Assembly: GCA_030141605.1 (NCBI GenBank)
Contig: JAQGDQ010000222.1
Location: 1 to 64,000, forward strand
Length of the DNA: 64,000 nucleotides
Origin: Tubiluchus corallicola
Lineage: Eukaryota > Animalia > Priapulida
Reading direction: 5' to 3'
Part shown: one piece after another, positions 23,901 through 37,300 of the stretch
Numbering within the stretch: the stretch's first letter is position 1
How the letters are laid out: each line of letters begins with the position of its first letter
Program-made: the position numbers and the translations under genes
The notes under the pieces: generated by a model
Database searches by the model: none
Seen by the model: the letters and a program-made list of their open reading frames with translations, nothing else
Told to the model about the DNA's origin: nothing

Positions 23901-25775
23901 AACATATCCAGACAGTAAAACATTTAAGTGGGATAACACTAAATATTAGTCCAGAATACATAGTACGTTTGCTGTAAACGCATGTACGTATTGATCTACT
24001 GAACAAGATACAAAACATACGTAATACATTAAGAATATTTACAAGAATGCAGAAAACACTAATGGCGTTAGTTAGAACTAAGAGTTTGTTTGGAAAGAAC
24101 GTTACAATGCGTCAAATGACTTTAATAATTAGTAACAGATTTCAAAAGCCTCTTTGCTTGAAATTACAGAATAGAGTGACAAAACTGTTTTTAATTTGTT
24201 GAGTGAGAGGACACTCAGTTATAATTATGTTGTTCTGTCTGCACAGAACCACATGGGCACAGTCTCCGTGCCCGAGGCTGACGCTGCCATCTACAGATTT
24301 CAATCTTTAATTTCATTCGGGTAAATGCAACACGGTGCAGCTCGAAAATACACATGAAAATTGCAGGGGTATCCAAGGACGGATTAAAAATTTTACAAGT
24401 AACAGGCTTCGATGAGTTGCTGTCCGCTACAGATCCCAATAACTTTCGATTTTGTCTGGTAAATAACGAACTCCTGGCTATCGCCGTTCGGTAGTTGGCT
24501 TAAACATTTGGCTAGTTTTCCATTAAATAAAGATGCTATGTTTAACGCGTTCATCACAGGCGAGTGTTTTTCCGCATTCTCCATCATGCTTCTCTATAGT
24601 TTTATTTGATGAGCTTTTACCCGCGTCTTAAAACAAGGGTACCCAGATTCGATAAGAACTAAATCGTAACAAGTACTGGTCGCACTGACAGTAGCGATTT
24701 GATCAATTCAAGATATATGGTGTTTGAAATTGTAAGATCGGCATCAGAATTTCAGGTGTCTTTGCTATAGGAAACACCTTCCAGAAGTGCACAATCTAGA
24801 ACTTTTTTCTTGACTCAGCTAGGATTAATGATATTTGAAGACATGAGGTTGTTTATCATCCGCGTGCTTGACGAAAAGGGCCTTTTTTGGGTCTGTGCAT
24901 ATAGTGCCTCCCAAGTAAGTATAGTGCCATGTGTGATGAATGACCAATTCGTCTCTACAAATCGTTTCTCGATCTCTTTCGTTGCCATTTATTATCATAA
25001 ACTTGGTTTTTAGTGAATTTACTGACATTTCATAATCAGAACAGAAATCAATTAGCGTGTCCAACTTTTGTATATATTTCTGTCGATTTGAAGCCCGTAT
25101 CATCCATGTAGAGGAGTCCATGAAAGTTTCTTAATCAGTCATCGCTGCCAGTTGCTTTCAGAGCTCGAATGAGCGGGTTTATGTAGTCCCAAAATAGGAG
25201 ACATGAGCTGGGGGACCCCTGCTTTACGATACATCTATAACAGAATAATTCATTTCCGGTAATACTACTGGTGCTGTTGTACATTCTAACAATGGCTTTA
25301 ACATGGTCGTTCCGCATCCATACTCCTTTAACACTCTAATCATTATCACTTGGTCTACCTTGTCATGGGCTTTTTCGCAGTCAACGAATAAAATGAACAT
25401 TTTTTTCTTGAATACGGCAACAGAATTTATCAAAAGTCTTAATGCTAGTATCTGTGCACAACAGTCTCTCCCACATTGATCTCCGACTTGTTCTGCATCA
25501 GGTGCTATCTACAGTTTTAATCTTTCGCTTATAAGGCTGTCGTAGAGTGATTCCTGAGGTGGACCATAAAACCACAGCGAACCAGTTTTGGTAATCTGGC
25601 AATAGTTAAACATTTTAGATTATCTAAAGTAACAGAAATTATCTCATTTCTTAACTTTGTTTAACTAAGGCAGCAACACCTCCACGTTGACTGTCATACA
25701 AGGTTAAATGGCTTCTATAAACAACAAAACGGGGTACATAAAAATTCAATCGTGTTTTACATTCAGATAATAATA

Positions 25776-25807
<32 letters not shown>

Positions 25808-28800
25808 GACGACGACGACGACGACGATGATCTTGGTAATGATGATAATTTTCTGTAACTTTATTCGTACACAAAGTATATTAGCGCAGTACAGTTCACA
25901 CAATACTTTAGTAATATTTACAAATATATTTAGTTACATATTTACAATACATGACGCACAAAATTATACAACAGAAAAAATACAAAACAATAGAGACAGA
26001 AATGGCAATGGCCAACGTTCAACGTTACACATTATTTTTGAAATACGTGATCGTACTTCGTACCTCTAAAAAATGCCGTACCAATTCATGTAGGATTTAC
26101 AATTAAAAGATAAAGAGTAGCATAAAAATTAATTGTAAAAACGATAAGTTTATCAGTTATGTTATGAATTCATGCGTACTATTAAAACAGAACTGCTGTT
26201 TGAACTTCCATACTATTTAATTTAGATTACAGAAGCTACAAAATACAAGGTATGTCCCGAACTTCTTTTGTCGGCAAAGCAAACGTTTAACTCGGGTGAT
26301 ATGCAATGATTAAATCGTTACTGTTTTGCGCAGATCGGCAAAGTTCTAAGCATTCCTCATTAACGACATACATTTTGAAATGTTCTTGCTTCAGCAGAAC
26401 CTGCATAGCTTGAGATGTGTAGTCAATTACTACACATTAGCTAGAAATAACAGTTAAAACAACTGTGTTACATGAATTGGTGTCAAGTGTGAGGCAGCAA
26501 TCTGTAAACAAATATAAACGTAATTTGCGAGAAATGACACCTCCAGCTTCCAAATAACTTGTGACTGTGCCCTCAAAAGGAACCAATTTAGCGGTTTCGT
26601 TTGCGCGTGCTCTGTGTAAATTAGGCGAGAACAGTCAGGCCCGCTGATGAGCAAAATAAGTCGTCACACTGAGTACATTTACGAGAGATTAATAAACACA
26701 TCTAGCTACAATTAATAAACTTTCTCTAAATTAAATAATGCGCCGAATAAGTGTGTATTTCATGTGAGGTCTCAATTGATGATGTCTACGATATAATGCC
26801 TCAAAAGAATTGTACTAGTTTTTGTGTTAAAATTAATAATGAAGTAATTGAATCAAAACCATGTGCAACATATCTAGGAAAGTTCGTTAATGAGCACATT
26901 AACTGGATTTATCCATCATACAAAACATAAAAATTAATTTGTATAACGTGTTTATATAATTTATAAACTCTGAACAATAAAACTGTAATTGATATCAAAA
27001 CTTTAACGAATATTTATTATTGTCAGGTGCATCCATATTTGATCCGACCAATATCACTTACACCACCACTACCACCATCATCATTGTCGTCGTCGTCGTC
27101 AATATCATCCATCATTATCATGATCATCATCACCACTACCACCATCGTCATCATCGAAAATACCAAATATAAAAAAAAACCCAGAAAGCTCCATAAATTT
27201 TATCTACCGTTTTCATCACGGCTTACTTCGCCTGCATTTCATTCACATGTTCTCTCATTCGCTAGTTAAATATTTACAATAGATGATGTACAAAATTATA
27301 TAACAGAAAAAACAAAATAATAAGGAGATAGAAATGACAATGACCAACGTTACGCTTAAAAATGCTATAAAAATCATCTGCATTCAATTAAATCTCCATA
27401 ATAAACGTTAAGGCTTTATTTAATTCAGACAAGTTACAAAAAGAGAAGTCTCGCGCTTCTGTTACATTTAAAATATGCGCGGCCAGAGATAAAACATTAC
27501 AAATTTGATCCTCAGTTAGTTTGCATTATTTTTGATATAACTGTGATTGGACAGGCTTCAGCTTAAATATCATTAATGCATAATTTATAATGCCTTTTGA
27601 CATATATATTTCGCAATAATGGCAGGGATGACAGTGATTAAATTTGTTAGTAATATAAATTCTCGTGTGTAATCTTGATCCGAAAACTTGATCGAGACCG
27701 AGTTTTTAATCGCCCTCTGCAACAAAAACAATTCCAACCATCTCAAAATGGACTGCTGTTTTATACACTAAAGTAAAAATTTTTGCCAATCTCTAACTGT
27801 TATAGTCAATCGATATAATATGCTTAAACACCTCCTTGCAAAGATATATCAGTCTTTTGCATTTTTAATCGCCTTATTAGATATTTTAGAGCATTAATGA
27901 TATCCAGTCAATAGAGACTGTCTTCCTTGACACCAAAAAAATGTAGGTGTAGCCACTTCTTCGGTTTAAAAGATACTTGGTTATAGACATGTAGTTCTCT
28001 TTTCTGCAAATGCATGACATCATATTGAAACTAAGATGGCTACCATTACTTTTATATATCCAGCATGACACTAAATCTTGAATTCAATTATGTGTATTAT
28101 AACACACTTGTGCCAAACTTTATGTTTTTTTTATAAAATGCACGATTTTTAGCTGATGAGCTGCTCCACTCACACATGCAGGCCATGTCCCATGCAGGCC
28201 ACTAACATATGATTCTAAATCAACAGGATATTTATGAATAGGATAAGCATAAACGGACGTAAACAGTTTATGTTAACTTTTGCATTTTTCAACCTAACAT
28301 GAGGTTAAATAATTTTATAGGTTAAAGAGAACCGAAGAAAGAGCAAGGGAGGAGCGAGCAGCTGTATCGAATCTGCTAGAGCACACTAGGGGCGTAGAAC
28401 AATCTGTGATAGCCAGTCAAAGAGAGCTGGTCCAGAGAAAGGACCTCCATGCTCAAAAGTATGCTTGTAGCGTCTCACAGTTCTAACGTCTGTTAAATCA
28501 GTTGAAACAAGTTTTCAATTTAGAACAATTTTGCTGAGTCCAAAAATTTGAGAGATAAAAAAGTACAGTAATATTGTTTTAGCTCTATAAATTGTTAGTG
28601 TATTTTTCCATAAGGGTTAGCATTAAAAGAGGTCCCTTTTTAATGGCGGAACATTTATTTTTCCCCATTAAATTGTGTTTGTGTTAATAAATTTAAAGCT
28701 CAAGTGAATTTTATTGTTGTAAAGATGTTCATGTTGCCATTAGTAACGGTTACAGTTACTGATTACTCTAATCTAACTAACACGTACGCTTGCCATTACA

Positions 28801-31800
28801 GTAAACCTAAAAGGTCCTGGAATTGTGTCCTGTAGGACCTCATTTAGAATGATACCCTATTCTGTCATTGTATAGCCGCGATGTAGTTTCAAGCTTTCTC
28901 GTTTATAAGTAGTCCTTATATTTAAACGAGAACTTATTTAATGTTGTTTAATTCTTTAGAGGCAAAGGATCAACTTTTTCAATTTTTTGACTGTTCTAAA
29001 ACTAAAAGTATTACTTTAATAAATTGTGAATGCTCAACTGCATTTTTACAAAGGTTGTTTTAAAAAAGCCGTTTATACATAGGCAATTTTCTGCACGTAT
29101 TTCTGCTCGATTTTCTGCTGTATGCTAAAACTTAGTGTTTGTGGTATTGTTCTGTAATTTGGTAAAAATTTACTGACGCGAAAATGTGATACACGTGCTT
29201 TTATATAATTACAATGGAATCTTGCACATAGGATCCAAGAGTTGGCTGACAAGCTGAATGAGGTAATGCACACTAAAGACAATTCTGAGAGAAATACTAA
29301 TCAAATCACTGACGAGATGAGAAATATGAAAAATCAACTTGAATCACAGGCTATGGATATACAGTCATTAACTAGTGAACTCAAACACAAATCTCTGCGT
29401 TTTGAAGAGGAAAGCAGGCAATTGGTACGAATAAATAAATTGTAGTATTGTTCTCGTCTAGGCCTCTGTTTTTAATCGACAAAGCAGTTCAATTCTGTAC
29501 TTCTGTGTTTTTCAAGTGCTATCGAAGATAACGTTTTGACATTTATCTTTTTCTTCGATACTTAAAATTAGAGTACGTTCGCTTTAAGACATTATTGTAG
29601 TCGAATATTAATTATTTTTAATTACAACTGCTTATTCTGCTAAATGCCTTTACTTTTTGAATATAGATAATCATTCTGTTTAATACTTTCCCTCAATGCT
29701 GCTGATGACAGAAAAGGGTATGTAGAATAACGTTTTGTTTGCAAATTGTTTTTAAAGCGTGCACATGTAGGTGTTCTAGACTCAGTCTTTTCTTTTTTTC
29801 AAAGTAGACCTCTCTAGTGAAAGTGTGTTTGAAAGCCACCATTTTTGTTGTTTGAGAAACCTGCTTTTCCTAGTTAAATATTCGCAATTACTTGTTTTAC
29901 TTTGAAAAATTTCCGGAAAAAATTCTAGCATTCTCATTTAATACATGCAATACAAATATCCTCGTTGTATAAAAACAATAGACACAATGTCAGTTTTTTT
30001 TATTTTACTACTTATTAATAATTATATTTATTCGTGTGCTTTTTAGTTATTTTTCTGCACCTGTAAGTTTACTTGTATTTTCTTATACTATTTTGCTGTG
30101 TGGTACTTGTGTTATGGAACTAAACAAAAATAAAAATCTAAATTCTAAAAATTAACTATGGCGTGCAGAATCTTAATAAGAAATCATTGAATAAGAAACG
30201 GTATTGAAATTGATTTGCAAATGAATATTTGGGATTGTTTTCTTAACTTACAAACACAGTTTCTGGCCACTGGCGAATAAGAATAAATTTAAGATGAGTC
30301 GAAAGTCTGTAGAGTGTCTTATATTTTTGGCTCAGCAAGCCTAAGAATTTACTGCAAATAACGTTTTATTTATTTATGAGTCATTTTTGTAGTTTAGAAT
30401 TAAATAATGGTCTTTAGATTGCACACTGAAACGTAGCTGCAAGTTGCCATTGCCTATCACTATGTTTACTTACAAATGTTTAATGTTGTTTAAAGGTCAA
30501 GTATTCTAAGACCCATTAAATATTTAAAAGAATATTGCTATAGGGCCAGGTACTGGTTCGTATTGGAAACAGCAGTGTCATTAGAAGTCGAGTTCTTACA
30601 GCCAAGAACTTAAGAAGCAGTGTGCAAACCCCTTTTATGGAGTCTTTTCTTGTAAGTGCTCTGTAGAACTTTGGACGAATTCAGCTCATTTTCGCGCATA
30701 ATATTTACATATTATTTACTCAGCCGTATGAAGCAGATATTTAGGTAGAAACAAGGCTAGATACATTCATTACGTGCAAGGATTAAACTATTGCTGTTGC
30801 GTCAGCTTTTAACAGACATTTTCTCACATGTTCTAGCCTTATAATAGAACATTGTCCAATTTCTTGCACTTTGAATTGAAAGCTAACCAGCGTTCCAAAA
30901 TGTATTATAGAGTTGAGGCGTTTTCCTGATAAACTATGAGAAAATGCCTGTTAAAAGCTGGCAACAGCGGTAACTTAATCCTAATATGTAATCAATGTAG
31001 CTAGCCTTGTTTCTACTTAAAAATGTATGTTTTATGTGGCTAAATAAATAATACGTAGAATAATTCTACATAGGATTTACAAAAAATCTCCATAAAAGGG
31101 TTTATATATCGTCAAAATCGTTGGCTATCAGTTCAAGTAATATGTAAGCAGGTACACACTGTGTGAATTTCAACTGTAATGAAAAGGTAGAAACAGGCCT
31201 AACACAGCTCATAAAATTCGGGATGTATTGAACATTCCTTCCAGCTTTTAGCATTCAATTTCCCACCCAGACACAATATCTGTATTCGCTTCTATAAACT
31301 ATATGGTCAGAAACATTACACTGCGTAAAGATACTATAACATATTAGGCTTGATGTGGGCAATAAAAGGTTGTATTATATACTAGATGCAATGTTATAGA
31401 GTTATTCCTCTTGTGTTCGTAACAACCATTGATTTGCAGCTGGAATCAATTCACAAAACCGACGGTAACAACGTAACAACCAATGACAGCGGCATAATTC
31501 GAAAGCAGACAGAGGAGAGGTAAGTATACCCAAGCGAATGAACTTGTTGAATACCGATGTGATGAATGGGTGATGGAAAATCGATACTCCTGTTCTACAT
31601 GATGCTGAACTAGTTTCCCTTTTTTCGTGTGTACACTTTCACTAACGAAACGTGTCGTTTCTTAAGTCCTTTCCTATGTCAACCCTCAAAACAAGGCTGT
31701 AATTAACAATGCAACTGTACTTCAACCCAAGCCCGGATTTACCTACATGTGGACCCTAGGCCAAACATCAGTGCCCCCCCGCCCCATTTAGGCCTATACT

Positions 31801-34312
31801 TATTGTACAGGGGCCCTTATAATTTTGAATATATTATAATGAAATAGCCAGTGTACACTTGAAACAATGTTATACGGTTGCACGCTGCCCGACAAATTAC
31901 TTTCAATAAGCCCCAGATCCCCGGGGGTTCTAGGCCAATGGCCTGCTACGTCTATTGCTAAATCTGGCCCTGTTGTTCAACCAGCAACGTAATAATAAAA
32001 TTAAAATTATCTGTATGTTTCCGTTGTAATTATTATTAACACGTAAGCATTGTTATTAGCATTACTAAATAGCTTTCTCTGTCATGACAGATGTGACTAC
32101 AGTTTTTTACTTAAAATGTCCGGGTGTAATTCTGATTATTTATAGCGATTTTGAACAAAAATTAACTGTCAAATGTCAAATGTTCAGCAGATAATGCAAA
32201 GGTGTCACTAAGTTATTTTGGGTTATCACAGCAATAATTACCGAAACGAATTACAATAATTTCTTCTTGAGCGGCCAAAGGAATAACTTGTAATTTCCTG
32301 AACCAACTAGATTCCGTTTTTTTGGTTTTACAACTGTTTTTGATGCTTGTAGTAGAAGTTTATAGTTGTAGGGAGAAGGAACAAGAAATAAAATTTGTTC
32401 TCCAGAATTCACATCATGTTTTGGAATAAGTGTGTATGTGTGCATATGATGTCTGTGAACTTGTTCAATACTTACAGAGTAAGAAGTTTACAAAGTATGA
32501 CAGACGACCTGAGTCATCAACTTGAACGTGAAACAGCACAACGCATATCAGCTGAGAAACAATTTCAGCAAAGGTTATCTTAGCTTACAAAAAATTATTG
32601 ACTTTTATTTCTTATTTTTATTTTTATGAGAATTTGTAAGTAAGCAAATTAACTATTATCATTTTTAAAGCTACTAGTTGAGTTTAAAGCGACAATATAC
32701 CCGTTAATCATTAAACTAAACAAAAAAACTTTGTGAAAAAAATGTGAAAAAGCGGAGAATGAATCTGGATTTGAATTAGGCGCTTTATTATTTCAAGATT
32801 AGACACATTGTCATTGAAATAAAAATATGTCGTTTACAGGCACTAATCTTCACTGATGCGGTTGCCGCGAAATTGCATATGACAAAAAGCTAGTGTGTCT
32901 GTTTTTTGTGCATTTTGTGCATTTTGTGCATTTTATACATCAGTCTGTGCGTTTTATGGATCTGGATCTGCCTGTCCACTATGAAAACTATGATCACGTA
33001 AGTTTTCGCAGCTAAGTAAGTTTTACTTTCCTATACAGAATGAATGAAATGGAAGAAGAGATGCTGAGAGTAGCGAAAGAAAGCGAGGAAGCTACGAAGC
33101 AGTTAAAGAATCTACACCGAGAGCAAAACAAAAACACGGACACTGACCGACTTGAGCTGAAGTCAAAACTAGCTAAAATGTCTGACGATCTTGGAACCCA
33201 ATTAACGCAAAAAGAGACTAAGATCCGAGATGAAAATAATAAAAGATTCCAAGAATTAGAAGAGGTACGTGAGCGGGCATCTCTTCTTCATGTTCTGTCG
33301 CTGTTGTGGTGTTCTTTGAAAATTGTTTTAATCGACCTTTTCGGACCGCTCTCGTTTAATAAAAGATTTGCACACAGAATAATCTTGCTTCGTAAGATAA
33401 TATGAGATAACAGAGATACCCATCTGCTTTCATAGCTTTTCTTCTTGCTTCTTTATATCCAAATTCAGTTCGGTTTGTGATGTTGTTCGATCCAGGTAGT
33501 TCTTGCGTTTCTCTTGGTTTCCTTCTGTTTATTTGCCCTACAGTGCACTAGATATTGTTTGTTTTATGACCTTAGCCTAGGTCTCTAGCTCTCATATCTT
33601 AATGCTATTTTTATTATGCAATCTACTGCCTATTGCTTGAAGATTGATTTTATTAGTAACCTTGTCTATCCAAAGAATGCTTAACATTCTGCGGTATGTT
33701 CATGTTTTAAATGCATTGATGCATTTAATCATATTGTTAGAGTCTACGTTTTATGTGAACCGCAAATGTACACGAAAAGCAAGCCCATATGATGAATTTC
33801 AGAAATAATGATCGAATGTTAAAGTGCATTTCATTCTATACATAAAATTTGTCACTACACCGAGGAATACTAAAAATGTTCTTTGTTCAATGCAGGTTCT
33901 AGTCAAAGAACAAGAAGCAAGAGCTGAAAACGAAAATCGTGTTCTGCAGTCTGTAGACGAAAAACTAGACACTTTTCACCAGATGGCTCAAGAAGAGTTT
34001 ACAAACGTAAAGGAAGCACAGAAGGTACAATTTTATGCTAGAAACTATCAACATACATACGCCCGTTGCTGTCACAATGGTATTACCTACAAAGAAAACG
34101 ATTTGCCATATTTTTTTGCACGAGGGTATCTCTTTGCTTCAGAATGAGCGGAAACGAATCCAAGAAAAAGTAGCTAAAACTTATGAAGAAATTGTTTTAG
34201 TAGAACAACAACTAGACGAGACACGACGCCAGGTGGACAGAGTCCTAGCTGCTGAAATTAACACTCGGTAAGTGGCAAAGAATTTTCCAGTACACAAATT
34301 TACACACACACA

Positions 34313-34354
<42 letters not shown>

Positions 34355-37300
34355 AACAAACATATCAATCAATAAATGAGGGAAATAAATGACTGAACGA
34401 AATTAGTAATTTTTTGAGAAGACTGACGTTAAATAGATCGCAACATTTAAGAAAGAATAGATTTTAGTTTAACCAACCTTTAAAACAATGGTGAAGATTT
34501 AGCTTAACAAACTGGCACATTAAAGTTTTATAATGCAGGAAAGCTCAAGATAAAGTGGTCAATGAAAAGCTAATGGACGTCAATGAAAAGTTACGAATGG
34601 GAATGGCAACACTTTCCGCTACAATCACCACCTCGCCGACGCAGCTTGGACAAGGGCCACCAGGATATACTGATGAACAAGAAAAGGTAAAGGCAAATTG
34701 TTTTTTCTAATTAACACTGTCACTAACACTGTGAATTCCACTGAAGTTTTGTCCACTGTAAATACCCGTTTCAGGTAGTCGTAGAGAGTAAAAAATTTAT
34801 AGACCAGCTAGACAGACTTAAGTTATCACAGTCAAGTGGCTAGAAAAACAAGTTTTAATATTTTTGTAATTTTTACAGCTTGTTAATTCTCATAACTCAA
34901 CAAAGTTCTTGAAGAAAAGAGTCATGACAGTAGTCTCATTGAGTAATTCTACTACGATTGTCAGATTAATGGCCGCAAAGCTGCAAATGACGTTTTAGCG
35001 TTTATTTTTATGCGTCATAGCAATAGATTACATAACTGTTTGCTTTATGAGACTTTTTTGATAATAAACCTGGAAACTTGAGAGGTCGTTTCGGGCACCC
35101 GTTTTTGTCTGCCTGTTGCTTTGCTCTTGTCGCCTGATTGACCGTTTTCCCTCCAAAAACATTACCTGATCGCTCAGTCTGCCATGTGTTGACATTTCTA
35201 GGTCGACCTTGTCAGGTCGTCTCCAGTGGGGTTTACCAAGCATCCGGAATGCGTATGCGTTATGTAGATGCGGATATATAAAATCGGTTTATACTGTTTT
35301 CAATGCAAACCGTTTACCAAACCTGCGTTATGAGTTATTTTTTCTCTAGCTATTTTATATTGACTTGTATCGCAGCCATTCCGCAGGTGGATAATGCACA
35401 ACGCATAACGCATTTCGAATGCTAGGTAAACGCCACTTTAATTTGCTCGTTATCACCTGATTGACATTTTCCTTTAAAAACTTTACGTGGTCGCTCAGTC
35501 TGCCGGGTGTTGACCTTTCTAGGTCGACCTTGTCAGGTCGTCTTAGTCGACTCGGTCACAAAAAGAGTGTTTCCTCTACAATAATTTTAGCTGCAAGCCT
35601 ATGCGTATAAAATTTTGCTGTTAAACCCGAATCTTATCTCTAATTTTTTGCTTTTGCAGGTACGACGTGTATTAGCAGACATGATGGACAACACAGAAGA
35701 TACAGCTTTCAGAAATATTCGTGACATGGAGGTGAGAATTGCTAGCTTAAAAGAAGAAATGCTTAAGCTAGAAGAGAAAATGGATAACGTAAGTATAAAA
35801 ACATATTACAAGCTTTCAAATTATATAGTTAGTTAACACTTGCCTGATCCTTGTCTCTTCTGTTAGGGTCAGACAGCAAAAAATAATAGGCTGTTCTTTA
35901 TCTGCCATTCTTTTTGGTCGCTTTTTCTCACATTTGCATAAAACTATCCACATATATTTGCTTTGAGGGAACGTTACTCCCAACGCGTGTGAATAACCAA
36001 TGTTAAAACGTTCTTTCAAATAAATATATGGATGGTCTCAAATAAATGTGTATGCTTTGTATGATAAATTTGTACCTATTTTAATGCCGATTTTATCAAT
36101 TTTTCTCACATTTTAATAAAATATGATCGATCAACTGATGATATCAAATGTATAAATGTTTTTTGCATTTGCCTTATTGAGAACTTAAAAAATACCCAAT
36201 GACAGTCAAATCTACCGATACTGATATAACAGCCGTGTAAAAAGCATTTTTTCTATTTTCAGCCTGATGAGTGGAAAAATAAACAGGTAAGTAATGTAGC
36301 GCTTATGCACGTTACGTTCAATAGTAACCAAGGTATAAGGCATTTTAGGCTAATCTATAAGTATCAGTGTTTGTCCCTATTTCTAACACTAGTAACTATT
36401 ATAGTTTTCAATCACATGAAAAAATGGGAAAAATTATATTCTATCAATTTCTGTGGTCGGCAGAATAGCTGGAGAACCACGTTGTGTGCTCGGCAGAAGT
36501 TAAGCAACGTTGAACTTGGTCAATATGTGGTTAGGATACGCCTGCCATTTCGACGTATTTCCCCCTCTAGAGGTTTATACTCAGCAGCGAGGTTTCGATC
36601 ACGTCATAACCATCTACATAAAGCAGAATCTACTGTGAGAACTGGATGCTGCTTTTTTAGTTCTGGTCGGCTGAAACGTTGACCTTCGTCCAAATACTCG
36701 GTTTTTGTCTGTAATTTATCTTTTTCTAGTTGCTCGATTCTGGCTCAAAAAGTTACCCGGCAGCTTAGTTTACTGAACAGGATGGTCCACTGTTGTCCAA
36801 GCTCTGTCATTATTTGCATGTTATGTAATCCTTTATTTTTATTTTCTAGACCATTTAGCACTTTTCTTCTTTCTGAATCATCTCTCATTTCATTCCATTC
36901 CTGTGTTGCTCTATTTTTTTGTAAATGGTCAACCTTCTAATTTCAAATGAGCTAAACAAGCCTAAGCTAAAAGAATATCGTATTATTAAAAATTGAATAT
37001 CCTTTGGGTTTTTAAGCAAGGCTGTGAATTATAAGCTTTCATTTTTTTCATTTTTCCAAATTTTCTCGACTTTGTCTTTTTCTCTCTTGATACTTTATTA
37101 TTCTCTTCTTGTTTCTTTCATAAGTTTTTGTACTAAGGATGTCTTTTCTACTAATGATATAACGGTGAAAAACTAAAAATTCATTAGCTTTTTACATTAA
37201 TAGCTTATCTATTCTACTTCTTATTTAGCCTCAAAATAGGCCGGTTAGTTCAATGACTGTTGCACCGATTCCAACCATTGTAGAGGTAATTTTCGCAAAA

